From Plasmodiophora brassicae (taxonomy: Eukaryota): a stretch of 64,000 nucleotides of DNA. Of this stretch, positions 41,597 through 53,822 are shown piece by piece. Each line of letters begins with the position of its first letter. Position 1 is the first letter of the stretch. The stretch spans positions 868,001-932,000 of the forward strand of contig CP145412.1 of NCBI GenBank assembly GCA_036867785.1, in the 5' to 3' direction. The translations under genes were made by a program, and so were the position numbers. The notes under the pieces are model-generated. The model worked only from the letters and a program-made list of their open reading frames with translations, had not been told where the DNA came from and ran no database searches.

Positions 41597-42817
41597 CGTT
41601 CTGTAGGTTACTCCCACGAAAGCGGTTGGGTGCGTCCAAGGTACTGCCATCGAAAAGAGCTCACAATGGGCAAACGTGGTACACGCGATCCCAGGTCGAA
41701 CGGCACGGCCGGGGACCCCGACAAGCGGCCTGTCGTGCTCACCGTATGTGGACACCTCATATGCTGGCACCGCATCGAGGACAGGGCTCATATAAAGATT
41801 TACAGGCGTTTGAGTCGGCGGTGTCACGATGTTCGGCAGCGAGCCGGTAACACGAAAAGAATGGCGTGAAGCACTTCTGGACGTTCTTAGATCAGGTGCT
41901 GCCATCACCACGTCGACCTTTTCAAACGGCGGAGGAGCTTCGCAGCATTGTCAACGACGGCGCCGATTCGGCGGTCGTTAATGGCGTTCTGATTCGGTCG
42001 TTTGCCGGATGGCTCGTGGACACAATGGCAGACGCCGACAACATTTGCGAAGCACCTGGAGGGCTTGAGATCCGCACTCTCCCATGGATTCTTCGATGGG
42101 AACGTTATCGAATCTCTGGAAGCGATGAAGCACGCTGCTCTGATGAAGTTCATCAAAATTGAACAACCGATGGAGGTAAGCGATGCAATCGAAGAGGTAA
42201 ACGACGCAATCTGTCAGGTTGCATCGCTTACCTCCATCTCTCTTCACAAGTTCAATTTTGATGAACTTCATCAGAGCAGCGTGCTTCATCGCTTCCAGAG
42301 ATTCCATAACGTTCCCATCGAAGAATCCATGGGAGAGTGCGGATCTCAAGCCCTCCAGGTGCTTCGCAAATGTTGTCGGCGTCTGCCATTGTGTCCACGA
42401 GCCATCCGGCAAACGACCGAATCAGAACGCCATTAACGACCGCCGAATCGGCGCCGTCGTTGACAATGCTGCGAAGCTCCTCCGCCGTTTGAAAAGGTCG
42501 ATGTGGTGATGGCAGCACCTGATCTAAGAACGTCCAGAAGTGCTTCAGGCCGTTATTTTCGTGTTACTGGCTCGCTGCCGAACCTCGTGACGCCGCCGAC
42601 TCAAACGCCTGTAAATCTTTAGATGAGCCCTGTCCTCGATGCGGTGCCAGCATATGAAGCGTCCACATACGGTGAGCACGACAGGCCGCTTGTCGGGGAC
42701 CCCGGCCGTGCCGTTCGACCTGGGATCGCGTGGACCACGTTTGTCCATTGTGAGCTCTTTACGATGCCAGCACCTTGGACGCACCCAACCGCGTTCGTGG
42801 GAGTAACCTACAGAACG
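41597..42817. repeat. Long inverted repeat: ~600-bp arms, ~26-nt loop, with extra templated fragments at 41476-41596
   Basis: 41597-42190 is the reverse complement of 42217-42817; inner part nearly identical, outer part more diverged. Confidence 0.95.
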
Positions 42818-43022
42818 CACAGTACTGTCAGCGGGTACACTCGGTTGTGGCGCCAAATCGCGAGTTGCAAAGCGGGGCCACCCATTACAGACAGTTACAG
42901 GAACCCGTAATTGGAGAACAATTGGAGTTGGCAGGATACATACTACTGAGTATATGAAGCTCTTCGACCCAGATTCATAAAAAATATCTTCATTGGTACA
43001 TGGTTTCAAGTTCATGCCCGTT

Positions 43023-43864
43023 TCATGAGCCTGGAACCCGAGCATTGCCCTCCTTTTCAATCTCCTTCCGCATGGCGTCGACCCATTCTTGGGCCCTCGA
43101 CCGTGAACAGGCAGACATGATCAGATCACGTCTGTTCTCAGGAGCCCGCAACACCAGACAGTTGATCATACGCTCAGCGCCGTCCTCTATCATATCAACT
43201 GTGGCATTCCGAAGCGACAGCGACTTGATAACGTACTTGTCCTTGGCGCTCTTGAACATGGACGGCGAACCCGACGCCAGGCGACGGAACATGCGGAAAT
43301 CGCTTTCACGTGCAAAGTAAAACAATTGCCCGTTCATAAGGGCGAAATAACGGTTACACCACGACGTAAAATTCAGGCGACCCTTCTTGAACATCGACCC
43401 GTGCTTGACCACATTCAGGTCCGCCGTGCTCTTTTTGTCCAGCTTGTCAATCAGCGGCTGGAACGCTTCACGCCACTACATCGTCATCGCGTCAGAGCAA
43501 CGCCGAGCCCGACAATTACCAAGGGGCCGCGTACCTTATTGAGAACATACGCGGAATCAGCGCGGAAGTGGTACGTCCTCGATGCTTGCGTCAGTGCAAA
43601 GTCCAGAGGACCAGGCTCCGAGATCAACAAGATATCTGCGAGACAAAGATGCCCCAGGCTGCCGTCGGCGCGATCGGTGTACTCGTCCTTGGTGTCCAAG
43701 TACCAGTGCAGCTGACCATCACTGTACAGCGCGAAGAACCGTCGTCGCCAGTTCTTGTTCGTGTTACCACGTTTGAACAGGAACGACGAGATCAGGATCT
43801 TCGGGACGGCATCCGGAGTAGGCCCCGCCGCCGCCGACTCTTCTGGTTTGGCTGTGGACGTCAT
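43023..43864 (-). CDS. Tandem PH-domain protein
   Basis: FLFKRGNTNKNWRRRFFAL..RTYHFRAD..W; second PH KHGSMFKKGRLNFTSWCNRYFAL..AQEWVDAMRK. Confidence 0.85.
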
Positions 43865-44416
43865 GTTACAATCTGAGGGCTCCCGCAGTCGTGGCTTCAG
43901 AATGACCGTTGCAACCCTGGCCGCTGCCGGGCTAAATCGGGCAGCGCCCGCATAAGTCGTGTTCTAAATCGGTCGCGGCCAGTGAACTCGCACTTCACAG
44001 GAACGGGGACGCCGGGACGGATGAAGCCGCCAGGTGAAGGGCAAAAGTAGAACCATATGCAACCTGCAAAAACGGCTCTGATACTTCCCGACGTATCTAA
44101 TCGTGCCATCACCCTGACTTGTTTGGACCCTGCCAACCATCATGCAACTACGAGATTGACGACGCGGACACCTTCAGTATTGTTCAGAGGTCCAATCCGC
44201 AAGGATTTCTACACCGACTAGGACGTATACTGTGGGCCTTTGTCTCGAGCAATGCCGAACGGCAACTAATAATAGCGGACTATGTAGTATAGGACGTAGG
44301 CGTTCAGTCCGTTCACGGCGTAGGTACCTCCCGTCGACGCAGGATCCCCACGGGATGCGATTGGGGCCCCGCTTTCAGACTCCCCGCGAATTGTACAGCG
44401 CACGCCTGTTTTCGCC

Positions 44417-44782
44417 ATGCGCCTGGTCGCAGTTGCAGTACTGCTGAGTGCTACCTTCCTGGGGCATGCGCAAGTCTACAGTGAGGCCTACGGCGACGAC
44501 ACTCTTGTCGAAGTACTACTGGATGCTCGTTATGCGCCGGCCGTTGCCGTCTCGCTCTACGGCCTGGTTCTGGTGGCCCGCCACCGCGCACAACTAATAC
44601 CGTTGCATCAACTGCCCCTGTCCACGTGTGCACCTGTTCGCACGAACCCGGTTCCTATCTCCCCCCGTCGCCGCCCGGTTGCGCCTGTCCAGGCTCCGTA
44701 CCCCATCGACCCTCATCCTACTGTCCTGCCCAGCACGGTCGCCCACGATGTCGCTGGCAGTGTCCCAGTTGCCGCCTGGTAG
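44417..44782 (+). CDS. Small putative secreted Pro-rich protein
   Basis: Signal-peptide-like MRLVAVAVLLSATFLGHA; 121-aa ORF (may contain an intron). Confidence 0.45.
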   Translation: MRLVAVAVLLSATFLGHAQVYSEAYGDDTLVEVLLDARYAPAVAVSLYGLVLVARHRAQLIPLHQLPLSTCAPVRTNPVPISPRRRPVAPVQAPYPIDPHPTVLPSTVAHDVAGSVPVAAW

Positions 44783-44939
44783 GCCGTGCGTACCTGGTAC
44801 CGCCTCGTATGAACAGTGAATGCATGAACGAATCGCCTCGTAAATGCGTCCCAGCAGGCGATTTTGCCACGCGAATGAACGAACGATGTTGTAATGTTTG
44901 ACCCACAGCGTTGTGGTGCGGACGACGAAAGACGAGTTA

Positions 44940-45477
44940 CTAAGCCCGGGCGGACACGTGCCTAGATCGACGAGCCCGCTGAGAACGACGCTGTGAACGA
45001 ACAGCAACGGGAGCTGTCGCTCCCGTTGCCGATGCGGTTTGCACGGTTGCTGGCGCAGACTGATGCTGAGCAGGCGCCGATGTTGAAAATTCGGCCATTT
45101 CTTGCCACGAGACAATAGAATTCAGTGATACGGAATGATAGCCAGCGGCGTCCCTTACGTTGTGCGAACGATACGTTCTGCTGGCGCGGCTGCACCATGT
45201 ACTGGTTCCCAGCACCGTCCAGGTAAAAGAAGAACCACTCCTTGCACCTTGCAACGAGTCACAACCGGAGAAGGCACACGGCAATGGGCGTCACGTACAT
45301 CGGGCACCGGTTCGTCACTTTGGCCCATTCCAGGATGCACTCCAGGCACATGACATGCGTGCAGGACGACAGCTTCGGGGGCTTCGTCGGCGTCTCGAAG
45401 CAGATCGGGCACTGCCCGATGCCAGCGCCGACCTTGTGACGTGCCGGCTGCACGCGGCACGCCTTACCCTTGGCCAT
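44940..45477 (-). CDS. Small RING-HC (C3HC4) E3 ligase-like protein, multi-exon
   Basis: CPICFE..CTHVMCLECILEWAKVTNRCPM|CK. Confidence 0.8.
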
Positions 45478-45746
45478 CGGCGGGACTGCGCTTTCCAGGA
45501 CGTCCCCGGCCGGACTGGGATCGTTCATCGGAGAAGGACCCTATCGGACAACCGTGGATCACAAGCCGTTCCGGGCCCATGTTTTACCGTTGACACTGCC
45601 CAGGCCCGCGACTGAACGAGACGGCGCCCAAGGCCACGAGGGCAACGCGCGATCACTGCTCAGGGTATACCCGTGAACAGAACAGCGAGCCATTGCATGC
45701 CGACCCTGCTGCATGCTGTATTTATTGATGCGATGGGGCGTACGGA

Positions 45747-46565
45747 TCAGGAGTGCCGGCGCTGGGTGGGACGACTGGATGCCGCTGGGCGCTGGGACAC
45801 GGCCGAAGCACTTTGCTGAGCGCGCTGGAGCTCGTCGGGGTCTGCAAACAGTCGGACAGTCAGGTGTGTACATGGTCAGAGTACCCTGGATGGCATGCAG
45901 TGACCGATGGTTGCCAGGAGTTTCGGCATGCCGAATGCCATGACCATCGTCATTAGCATCATGATCTATTGCGAAGCGTTTAGGGAGTTGCGAGACGCAT
46001 TGGTACATGTGGTCAACTGACAGCCATGGGGCTCTGGAACATTGACAATGGGTTAAATGGGGCCCTCGTCTCGAAATACTGGTTCCTGGCATCTGGCGAT
46101 ACACTCAACGGGAACGGGACCGCCGCACCACCTTGCGTTAAATATCGCGCACGGATCCGTCCTTTCGCTGCGATATCGACGCGAATCTGTGTGACGTACG
46201 AAGCGTCAGCGAGTTGCCCGACCCCGGTACGAAGACAACATACCGGACGGAAAGTGTAATCGATTGAGTCGATCGTAACCAGGTACGAGCCAGGCAGCAG
46301 GTTGTCACTGGCGTATGCAGCATATCAGAGACCCGGATCCCAGAGGGATGACGACGACACCAGCCGACAATGTGAATGCGCCAGCAGCGTTCGGGATGGC
46401 TTCGAACTGCCCACCGTTCAACTTCACACGAACGGCGCTCGGGTGGCCCACGAGCACGCGCCCTGTAATCGATCGGGCAGCCGGCGCATCGCTCGCCGAT
46501 GAGAGCGCTCCTGCAAGGGCCAGTGCCCATACGGCCGCCACGGACCATCCGTGCAACAAACCCAT
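45747..46565 (-). CDS. EMC7: ER membrane complex subunit 7-like, multi-exon
   Basis: Signal peptide; VKLNGG..GAFT, PGSYLVTIDSIDYTF, IRVDI, QYFETRAPFNPLSMFQSPM, MVMAFGMPKLL, DPDEL. Confidence 0.82.
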
Positions 46566-47011
46566 TTGGACGCACGCCGCGAACTGATCACGCGCACCGC
46601 ACACCAACCAACCATGATCTGGCCTGGCGGCTGGGTCGCATCGTGGGGCAGAGAACGCGCCGCCGACGCTTACTCAATATGTCAGCGAACCGACGGGCCT
46701 GAAACGTGCCCGGTCTGAAAGCTGGCCGTCATCTCAAGTTAGACTCCTGGTGCAGGCGTTTCGCTCTGCTACGTAAGGACAGGCGACATGGCTAGTAGAA
46801 GACACCGGAAGGTGCCCGGGCGCTGAACCGCTCGCTATACCTAAGTGGAATAGGTAGTACATACTGAATACAGAGTGAGCACGTTCCAAAACGAACGCCG
46901 TTCGTAGGGGTCGGCCGTTTTGAAAGGGCGCGGGTTGCCCGACGCGCGTGGACGATCAGTTCGATTGGCAAACGTGGGACGGGCCACGCGTGCAACGATT
47001 CATCTGCGGCA

Positions 47012-48164
47012 ATGAAGGTGGAGGGCAACGTGTTCGTTGTGACTGGCGCTGGATCCGGGCTTGGGCGTGCGACATGCGATGCGATCGTGCGTCGCGGCGG
47101 ACGCGTTATCGTAGGCGACAAATGCGGTTTAAGGTTGGGGAGACCTTGACTGAGGGATGCGATTGTAGGCGCTCGATATGAACGCAAAAGCAGGCGAAGA
47201 GCTGGTTGCCGATCATGGGTCCGCTGTGTTCTTCGCCGTTGCGAACGTTCTTGACAGCAGTCCGTACACTGGCATGATGCGTATGTGCGACAATGGATAA
47301 CGAGTACGTTCAGAGGCGGTTTCGGGTGCGTTGACGGCAGGCCAGTCGAAGCTGGGCCCGATTCGAGGTACGTGGGCTTGCGCTCCACAGCGGCGCACCT
47401 TACGATGAGTTCTCGCAGGCCTGGTATCATGCGCCGGAATCGGTAGGCCGCGTAAAGTTCTTTCCTCTAAGGGCCCACATTCGCTCGAAGACTTCCAGAC
47501 CGTCATCAACGTAGGATCTGCTATTGCGCATCCCTGCCGGCAACTCCAACGTGAACGTTAGGTGAACCTCGTTGGGACATTCAATGTTCTTCGCCTTGTG
47601 TGCGAGCAGATCGCCAAGAACCCACCCACGGGCCCGGATCAGGAGCGCGGAGTCATTATCAACGTTTCAAGTGTCGCCGCGAAAGACGGCCAGATCGGAC
47701 AGGTATCCCCTGCCCGCCAGTGTTGGATATTACGATTCGCGTGTAACGTCGTCGCGTGCAGGCGTCATACTCCGCGTCCAAAGCTGCCGTCGATGGGATG
47801 AATTTACCGCTGGCACGCGAGCTCGCTGCGCATGGTAGGTGACGTCTGTCTCCAGGATTCTGCTAGGAAACTGACATGCAGGGTAGGCATCCGAGTGCTC
47901 TCAATTGCTCCCGGTATATTCATAACGCCGGTATGCAAGTAGCAACCCCGATGCTCTCGCCGTCGTATGCTTACCTGGGTATGGTAGATGGCGAAGGAAC
48001 TATCACCGCAAGTGCAGGCCTCTCTCGCTAAACAGGTCCCGTTCCCACCGCGGCTGGGCAACCCGCCCGAATTCGCCGCCCTCTGCATCGCGATAATCGA
48101 AAACCCGTACCTGAACGGCGAGAGCATTCGCCTTGACGGATCCATCCGCATGTCGGCCATGTGA
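47012..48164 (+). CDS. SDR, 3-hydroxyacyl-CoA dehydrogenase type-2 (HSD17B10-like), multi-exon
   Basis: [68 protein letters not shown]. Confidence 0.92.
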
Positions 48165-48298
48165 TCGGCTGATCGCCGGAGCCACTGAATACAGCGTCTG
48201 TGATGCGGCGCGGGAGCATTTCGGAGGACAGTGGCCCGTCGTCGCGGTCCGTGGCGGACTCCGCGAAGTCCGCCGGCACGAAGTCACCGTTTCACGTC

Positions 48299-51200
48299 AT
48301 GGATCGCCTTATCAGTGACGAGCTCCGGCGTGAATTAGGCGGGTCGGTCTCGATTCTTCCCGGGCGACGATCTAAAAAGGGGCGTCCGCCTGTGGCTCCT
48401 GTCCAGGCCAAACCGAAATTGTCGAAGAGTGCAGCGAAGAAGCTAGCACGGATCGAGGATGTTAAGGAGAAAGCCGCTGTCCGGAAACAGCTGTTGACAT
48501 CGTTGGCGGTCAACGCGCTTACCGATGCGGATCTTACATTAATGCACCCGTCCGGCAGAGTCGGACAGCAGCTGTCAGCTAAACAACGCGCTAAAATCGC
48601 CTTTCAGCGGCAGCGTTCTGGTCTGCCGTTGCAGACCAACGACCTGGATGCTCTCTATTGCAAACGGCCTCCCGAAGATCAGGAGGATTCCTCAGAGGAT
48701 CTCGGTCATGCCGGTAATGACGATATTCCGAGCGCGACCCTGCCGGCAGTGTCAACCCAACCGGCATCCCTCACCGTCGTTCACGTTTCCCATCGACCAA
48801 AGCGTCGTCGCGTCGTCCTGTTCGATAAGTCTGCTGAGGTTGCCCCACCCCAGACCGCAACTGGTCCTGTTTCCGACCTGGTAATCTTGCCAGATGACGT
48901 CCTTGCAGCAGTTGCTGTCGCCGAGGATCCTGGTCAGGATGCCCCTGCTTGCAACGTTGACGAGAACCCGTCTGCTGGCATATGTACACCTGAAGTCCAA
49001 GACGCTCGTCAAGTACCATCAGCGCTAAAGCCAGGAGCCGCTAACGCGGTGCCTGTAGCGACCGTTGCGATGCACCAGTCGATCGTACGGAGCCAGGAGG
49101 TCATCGACAGCCGCTGCAAGTTGCCGGTCTATTCGGAGGAGCAGGCCATCGTCGAGTGCATCCACGAGAACCGGGTCACCATGATATGCGGCGCGACCGG
49201 TTCCGGCAAGACGACGCAGATCTGCCAGTTCCTGTACGAGGCCGGGTACTCGTTCGGCGACCGCCCTGGCATGATCGCCATCACACAACCGAGGCGTGTG
49301 GCTGCTCGTGCCATGTCGGAACGCGTTCGCCACGAAATGGGTGATCGGGGCGCTCACGTCGGGTATCAGGTCCGGTTCGAGAACGACGTCTCCGACGACA
49401 CCCGCATCAAGTTCCTGACGGATGGTATCCTCCTGGCGGAGATCCAGGAAGACCTGCTGATATCCCGGTACTCGGTCATCATCATCGACGAGGCCCACGA
49501 GCGAACGCTGAACACCGACCTGCTCATCGGCCTGCTGTCTCGAATCATTACCCTGCGCGGCGACCTTCGCCTTGTCATCATGTCGGCGACGATGCGTATC
49601 CAAGACTTTCGCGACAACCGGGTCCTGGTGAGTCGGCGGCCGCTACGTGTTGTAATCGTTCGTTTGCTGACGTCGTTCCGTGACAAGTTCCCGATTGAGC
49701 CGCCGGTCATCGAAGTGGCCAGCCGCCTGCATCCTGTTACCGTCCGGTTCAGTAAGCGGACCGAGCTGGACGACTACGTCGGCGCCGCGTTCAACAAAGT
49801 GTGCAAGATCCACCAGCGCCTCCCGCCGGGTGGCGTCCTCGTGTTCCTGACCGGCAAAGACGAGATCCAGCGCATGTGTTCGCTTCTGACGGAACGGTAT
49901 CGTCACGGGACGATTTCTCGGGAGGGCCCCGTCTGACCGCCGCTGGCAGGTTCACGCCCAACGAGATGATCGCCCTGCCGTTGCATGCCCAGCTCTCCCC
50001 AGAGGCCCAGATGCGTGTGTTTGCGTCGTACCCTGACGACATGCGCCTGGTGGTCGTGGCCACTAACGTCGCTGAGACGTCGCTGACGATCCCGAACATT
50101 CGATACGTGGTGGACAGTGGTCGGCACAAGGAGCGCGTGTACGACCCCTCGACGGGCGTGTCCTCGTTCATCGTCAGCTGGATCTCGAAGGCGTCCGCCG
50201 ACCAGCGTTCGGGTCGGGCTGGGAGAACAGGGCCCGGGCACTGCTACCGGCTGTATAGCAGCGCCGTCTACAACGACGAGTTCCCCGAGTTCAGCGCTCC
50301 AGAGATCTGTGAGCTCCCTGTCGATGGCATCGTCCTACGGTTGAAATCCATGGCCATCGATGACGTGGACGCGTTCCCGTTCCCGACGCCTCCGGACCGG
50401 AACGCGCTAGCGTCCGCCCATCGACTTCTCGTCGCCCTGGGCGCTCTCGAATGCGGCAAGATCACCCGTCTTGGTAAGCGCATGGCCCAGCTGCCGCTGG
50501 CGCCTCGGTTCGCGAAGATGGTCGTCCTGTCACGACAGGCAAATTGCATGCCGTACATGATCGCCATCGTCGCCGCCGAGACCGTCGGCCAGCTTCGCGT
50601 CCCTGACGGGATGGACGGCGATGTCCCAGACGCAGATCGCGATGAGCAACAGCCGAGAATGAAGCCGATGCGGTTGGATACGACGTCCGACCTTCTGTCG
50701 TCGTTAGCGATCGTCTGCGCGTATGACTTCGTGGCCCCGGACGATCGTCCCGCATTCTGCAAGTCCCAGCACGTTCGCTCTCGCGCGTTGCACGAAGTCG
50801 GGCGCCTTCGCGAACTGCTCCAGGCGCGTTGCAAGCTCCAGGGTCCAGTGCTTCGACTGCCGCCTCCGTCGCTCGCGCAGCGCGCGCTGCTGATTCAGCT
50901 GATCGCCAGTGGCCTGTGCGACCAGGTGGCGCGCAAGTGGCCCGACGGTTTACACAGGCCTGAAGGGCATCGTAGCGCGTACCAGTGCACGACCCTGGAC
51001 GGGCCCGTGTACCTGCACCCGAGATCGGCGCTGTTCCCTGCCGAGCACCAGCCCGAGCTCTGCGTCTACCGGGAAATCGTCCGCAACGAGAACAAGGCGT
51101 ACATCATGGGCGCCACCGGCATCCGCCCTGCCATCCTGTACCGCGTCTGTCCCCAGCTCTGCACGCTGTCGTCCCCGTTAGGTCAGGCGTGGTTCCTCTC

Positions 51201-51659
51201 CGCTCGATCTGTCGTTCCGCTGACTTGGACGCTGTGCTTGTAGAATCGCCGGCGCCGTCGTACGACAAGGACTCGGACAGGGTGCACTGCACGCGAACGT
51301 GCACGTTCGGTCCCGGGAGGTGGCCGCTGCCTGACGTCCGGGGGTACTGTCCCGATGCGCCGCGCCTGGCGAACTGGTTCGCGCTGGCCCTTCTCCAAGG
51401 CGACGTTATCGACCATTTCGCTGCCCTGCGCCCGCATCTTCGTGTCCGTCCTAGCGCCATGGTTGCCGAGCATCAGACGAACGCGTCGGTGCTGGCGTTC
51501 CTGGGCGCGTTGGGTCGGCGGGCGTCGCTAGCGGAGGCGAAGGAGCAATGGAGGCGGCAACCGTCCTGGTTGAGAAGGGAGCTGCTGGCGCTCGTCCAGC
51601 GATCGTCGTTCGACTTTGACGAATGGTGGGGCACGCTGCACGCCATAGTTGCGAAGTAA
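48299..51659 (+). CDS. DHX37: DEAH-box RNA helicase DHX37/Dhr1 (alternative start at 48203)
   Basis: LPVYSEEQAIVECI, GATGSGKTTQ, DEAHER, SAT, KIHQRLPPGGVLVFLTG, WISKASADQRSGRAGRTGPGHCYRLYS. Confidence 0.9.
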
Positions 51660-51736
51660 ACCGACGTGCTTCGAGTAGTTATGTGATTGGGTTTACTGAC
51701 AACGCGCTGGGCTGCTGATGGGAGGGGGCCCCGTCG

Positions 51737-52285
51737 TCAGTGCTGCGGTTCACCTTCGGTCTTCGGCGCCATCAAGCGCTTGCTAGAAGACGATACCGTC
51801 GTTGCTTTGTACATCAGCGTCAGTATGCTTTGGTCGGTCTCGCCGGGTTCGTTCTGGACGTCGGACAGGCGATACAGCGTCCCCATGAGATGTAGGCGAG
51901 TCTGCATGTCCAGCTTGCTGATGGACGCTTGGATGGATTGCAGGTGGCCTTCAGGACTGCCTTCGGCATGACGACCGACAAGGCACCTGCTTAGGTGGCC
52001 GTGCAGGTTCTGACCGCCCGGCAGGACGACCTCGCACACTGGGCAACTAGTGGAGACTGTGGTTGGCGGCGGTGGTGTCATTGTCATCGTCGGGTATGGG
52101 TCGGCGACGCTGCCCATCGTCATCTCGTTAACATCAGTGTCGAAATCCCACGTCAAGAACGTGTCCATGGACGACAGGTCGGATGAGAACAGGGCTGATG
52201 GTGTTGTCGTCGTCGTCGTCGTCGGTGCGCCCGGCCGGGACGGTTGCTGTACGGCACTCTGGAATGGGAAGAACGGACTGTTCAT
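51737..52285 (-). CDS. Small protein with UBZ-like zinc finger and LNK-like helical motif
   Basis: CPVCEVVLPGGQNLHGHLSRCL followed by LQSIQASISKLDMQTRLHLMGTLYRLS..TDQSILTLMY. Confidence 0.65.
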   Translation of the reverse strand: MNSPFFPFQSAVQQPSRPGAPTTTTTTTPSALFSSDLSSMDTFLTWDFDTDVNEMTMGSVADPYPTMTMTPPPPTTVSTSCPVCEVVLPGGQNLHGHLSRCLVGRHAEGSPEGHLQSIQASISKLDMQTRLHLMGTLYRLSDVQNEPGETDQSILTLMYKATTVSSSSKRLMAPKTEGEPQH

Positions 52286-52514
52286 CTGTGGAAGTGGAAG
52301 TGTGCACGGCGACGATGACGATGGGCGGACTGGGCAGGCGAGCCGGCTGCGACGACGACGACAGCAACACGGCAAATAGTCCAATGAAGTGATCGTTCAG
52401 GGGTACCGAGCGCTCGGACGGAGGGCTAGCAACACACGATCGCGAGCACGTATCTGTCGATCCTCGGTTAAGCCGGTTGCGCCACCGTCGCGCGACGTCG
52501 AGCGCGTTGAGAGG

Positions 52515-53571
52515 TCACTGTGAGCGCATCCTGATTCGGACGTCACGAGGCACCCCGCGACACGATTCCACGAGGATGCCGGCACGGGGAGCCGAACGAC
52601 GAACAGCGTCGAGCGTGTCGGCAGTGACCGACGGGTTACCCGTCAAGTCAACAATCTCGACGTGATCGTTCAGCAGCGAAGGGACGTCCTCAACTGGTAG
52701 CTGACGAGTCCAGGCGATATGAAGAGAGCGAAGGCGTGGCATGTAGATTCTGATGGATGACAGTCGCGAGCACCGATTCAGGTTCACCGCAGTGAGCGAC
52801 GCGAAGACGCCATCGCCATCAACGTACGCTATATCCGAACCTGAAAGATCAACCTCCTCTAGTGTGGCCCGCGAGGCAGAGATCACTCGGCCAATCGCTG
52901 GCGCATCAAGCCCCTTGTCGACCAACGTTAGCACCGCTGCAAGCATGTGAAACACGAAAGCGATGTCTGACCTTACAGGTTGCTAATGACAGGACACGTA
53001 GCCGGGTAAAGCGCGGCAAATCCACCAGTATATCCGCGCCTGATAGATCAAGGACCTCCAGCAGGCCGGCGTTGACTTCGCTTATCGACCGCACGGCAAG
53101 GCCCGAACACAATCGGGCACGAAGTCGACAAAGGGCGGGGAATGCCATCCCCGGCGGGAGCAGCAGGCGCACAGGCGACCCACTGCAATCCAACGATACC
53201 AGTCGTTCGCTTATCGGTCGGAGAATGGCCTGCAGGGCCGTCAAGGACGGGCAGTGCGCAACGACCAGCTCACGCAGGTTCGTGAGCATGGCGCATAGCG
53301 TCGCGATCGCGGAAGAAGACAGACGCTGGCAGGCCGTGACATCGAGTCGCACGATCGTATTGCACCAGCGTTCACAGAGCCGCACAGCATCCGCCGGGCG
53401 CACCGATCGGCAGGTCCCCAGCGCCAGCACGCGGACCGGCAGCGCACCCGGCGCCGCAATCAGCCTACGGTACTGCCGGCAGACCGCGCCGCATCGCACC
53501 AGATCGGGCACGGCGCTGCTGAACGCCAGGATCGTCGCGACGATCTCGTCCGGCAACTTCGCCGGCCGCAT
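52515..53571 (-). CDS. F-box/LRR protein
   Basis: LPDEIVATILAF..DLVRCGAVCRQYRRL F-box; Cys-containing LRRs (LDVTACQRLS, LDLSGA, VNLNRCSRLS, VDLTGNPSVT). Confidence 0.85.
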
Positions 53572-53822
53572 GGCGCAGCGAACGACCCCTTCGCAACGCC
53601 GAACGGGACGCGGCCGCAAAAAGGCCGACGGCTGACTGACCGGGCAGGACGAGCCGACGGCGTGGAACAATCGCACAGGCGGCTGCACTCATCGCGGCAG
53701 TGCGGCGCTGCAGACAGTACACACGCTGCAGTTCTGCGTCGGACACACGAGGCGACGCCGTAACGCTCTGAGCAGAAGGGTCCGTTTCAATTTTGGCCGT
53801 TTGCGGAGCGCTGCAGTCCGCG

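Noticed and set aside
41978-42436. Twin 144-aa ORFs on opposite strands
   Set aside because: Mirror products of the inverted repeat with non-ATG starts, not two independent genes.
46790-46950. GGAAGGTGCCCGG resembling an RNase MRP/P conserved region
   Set aside because: No convincing complementary P4 strand or other conserved regions found by eye.
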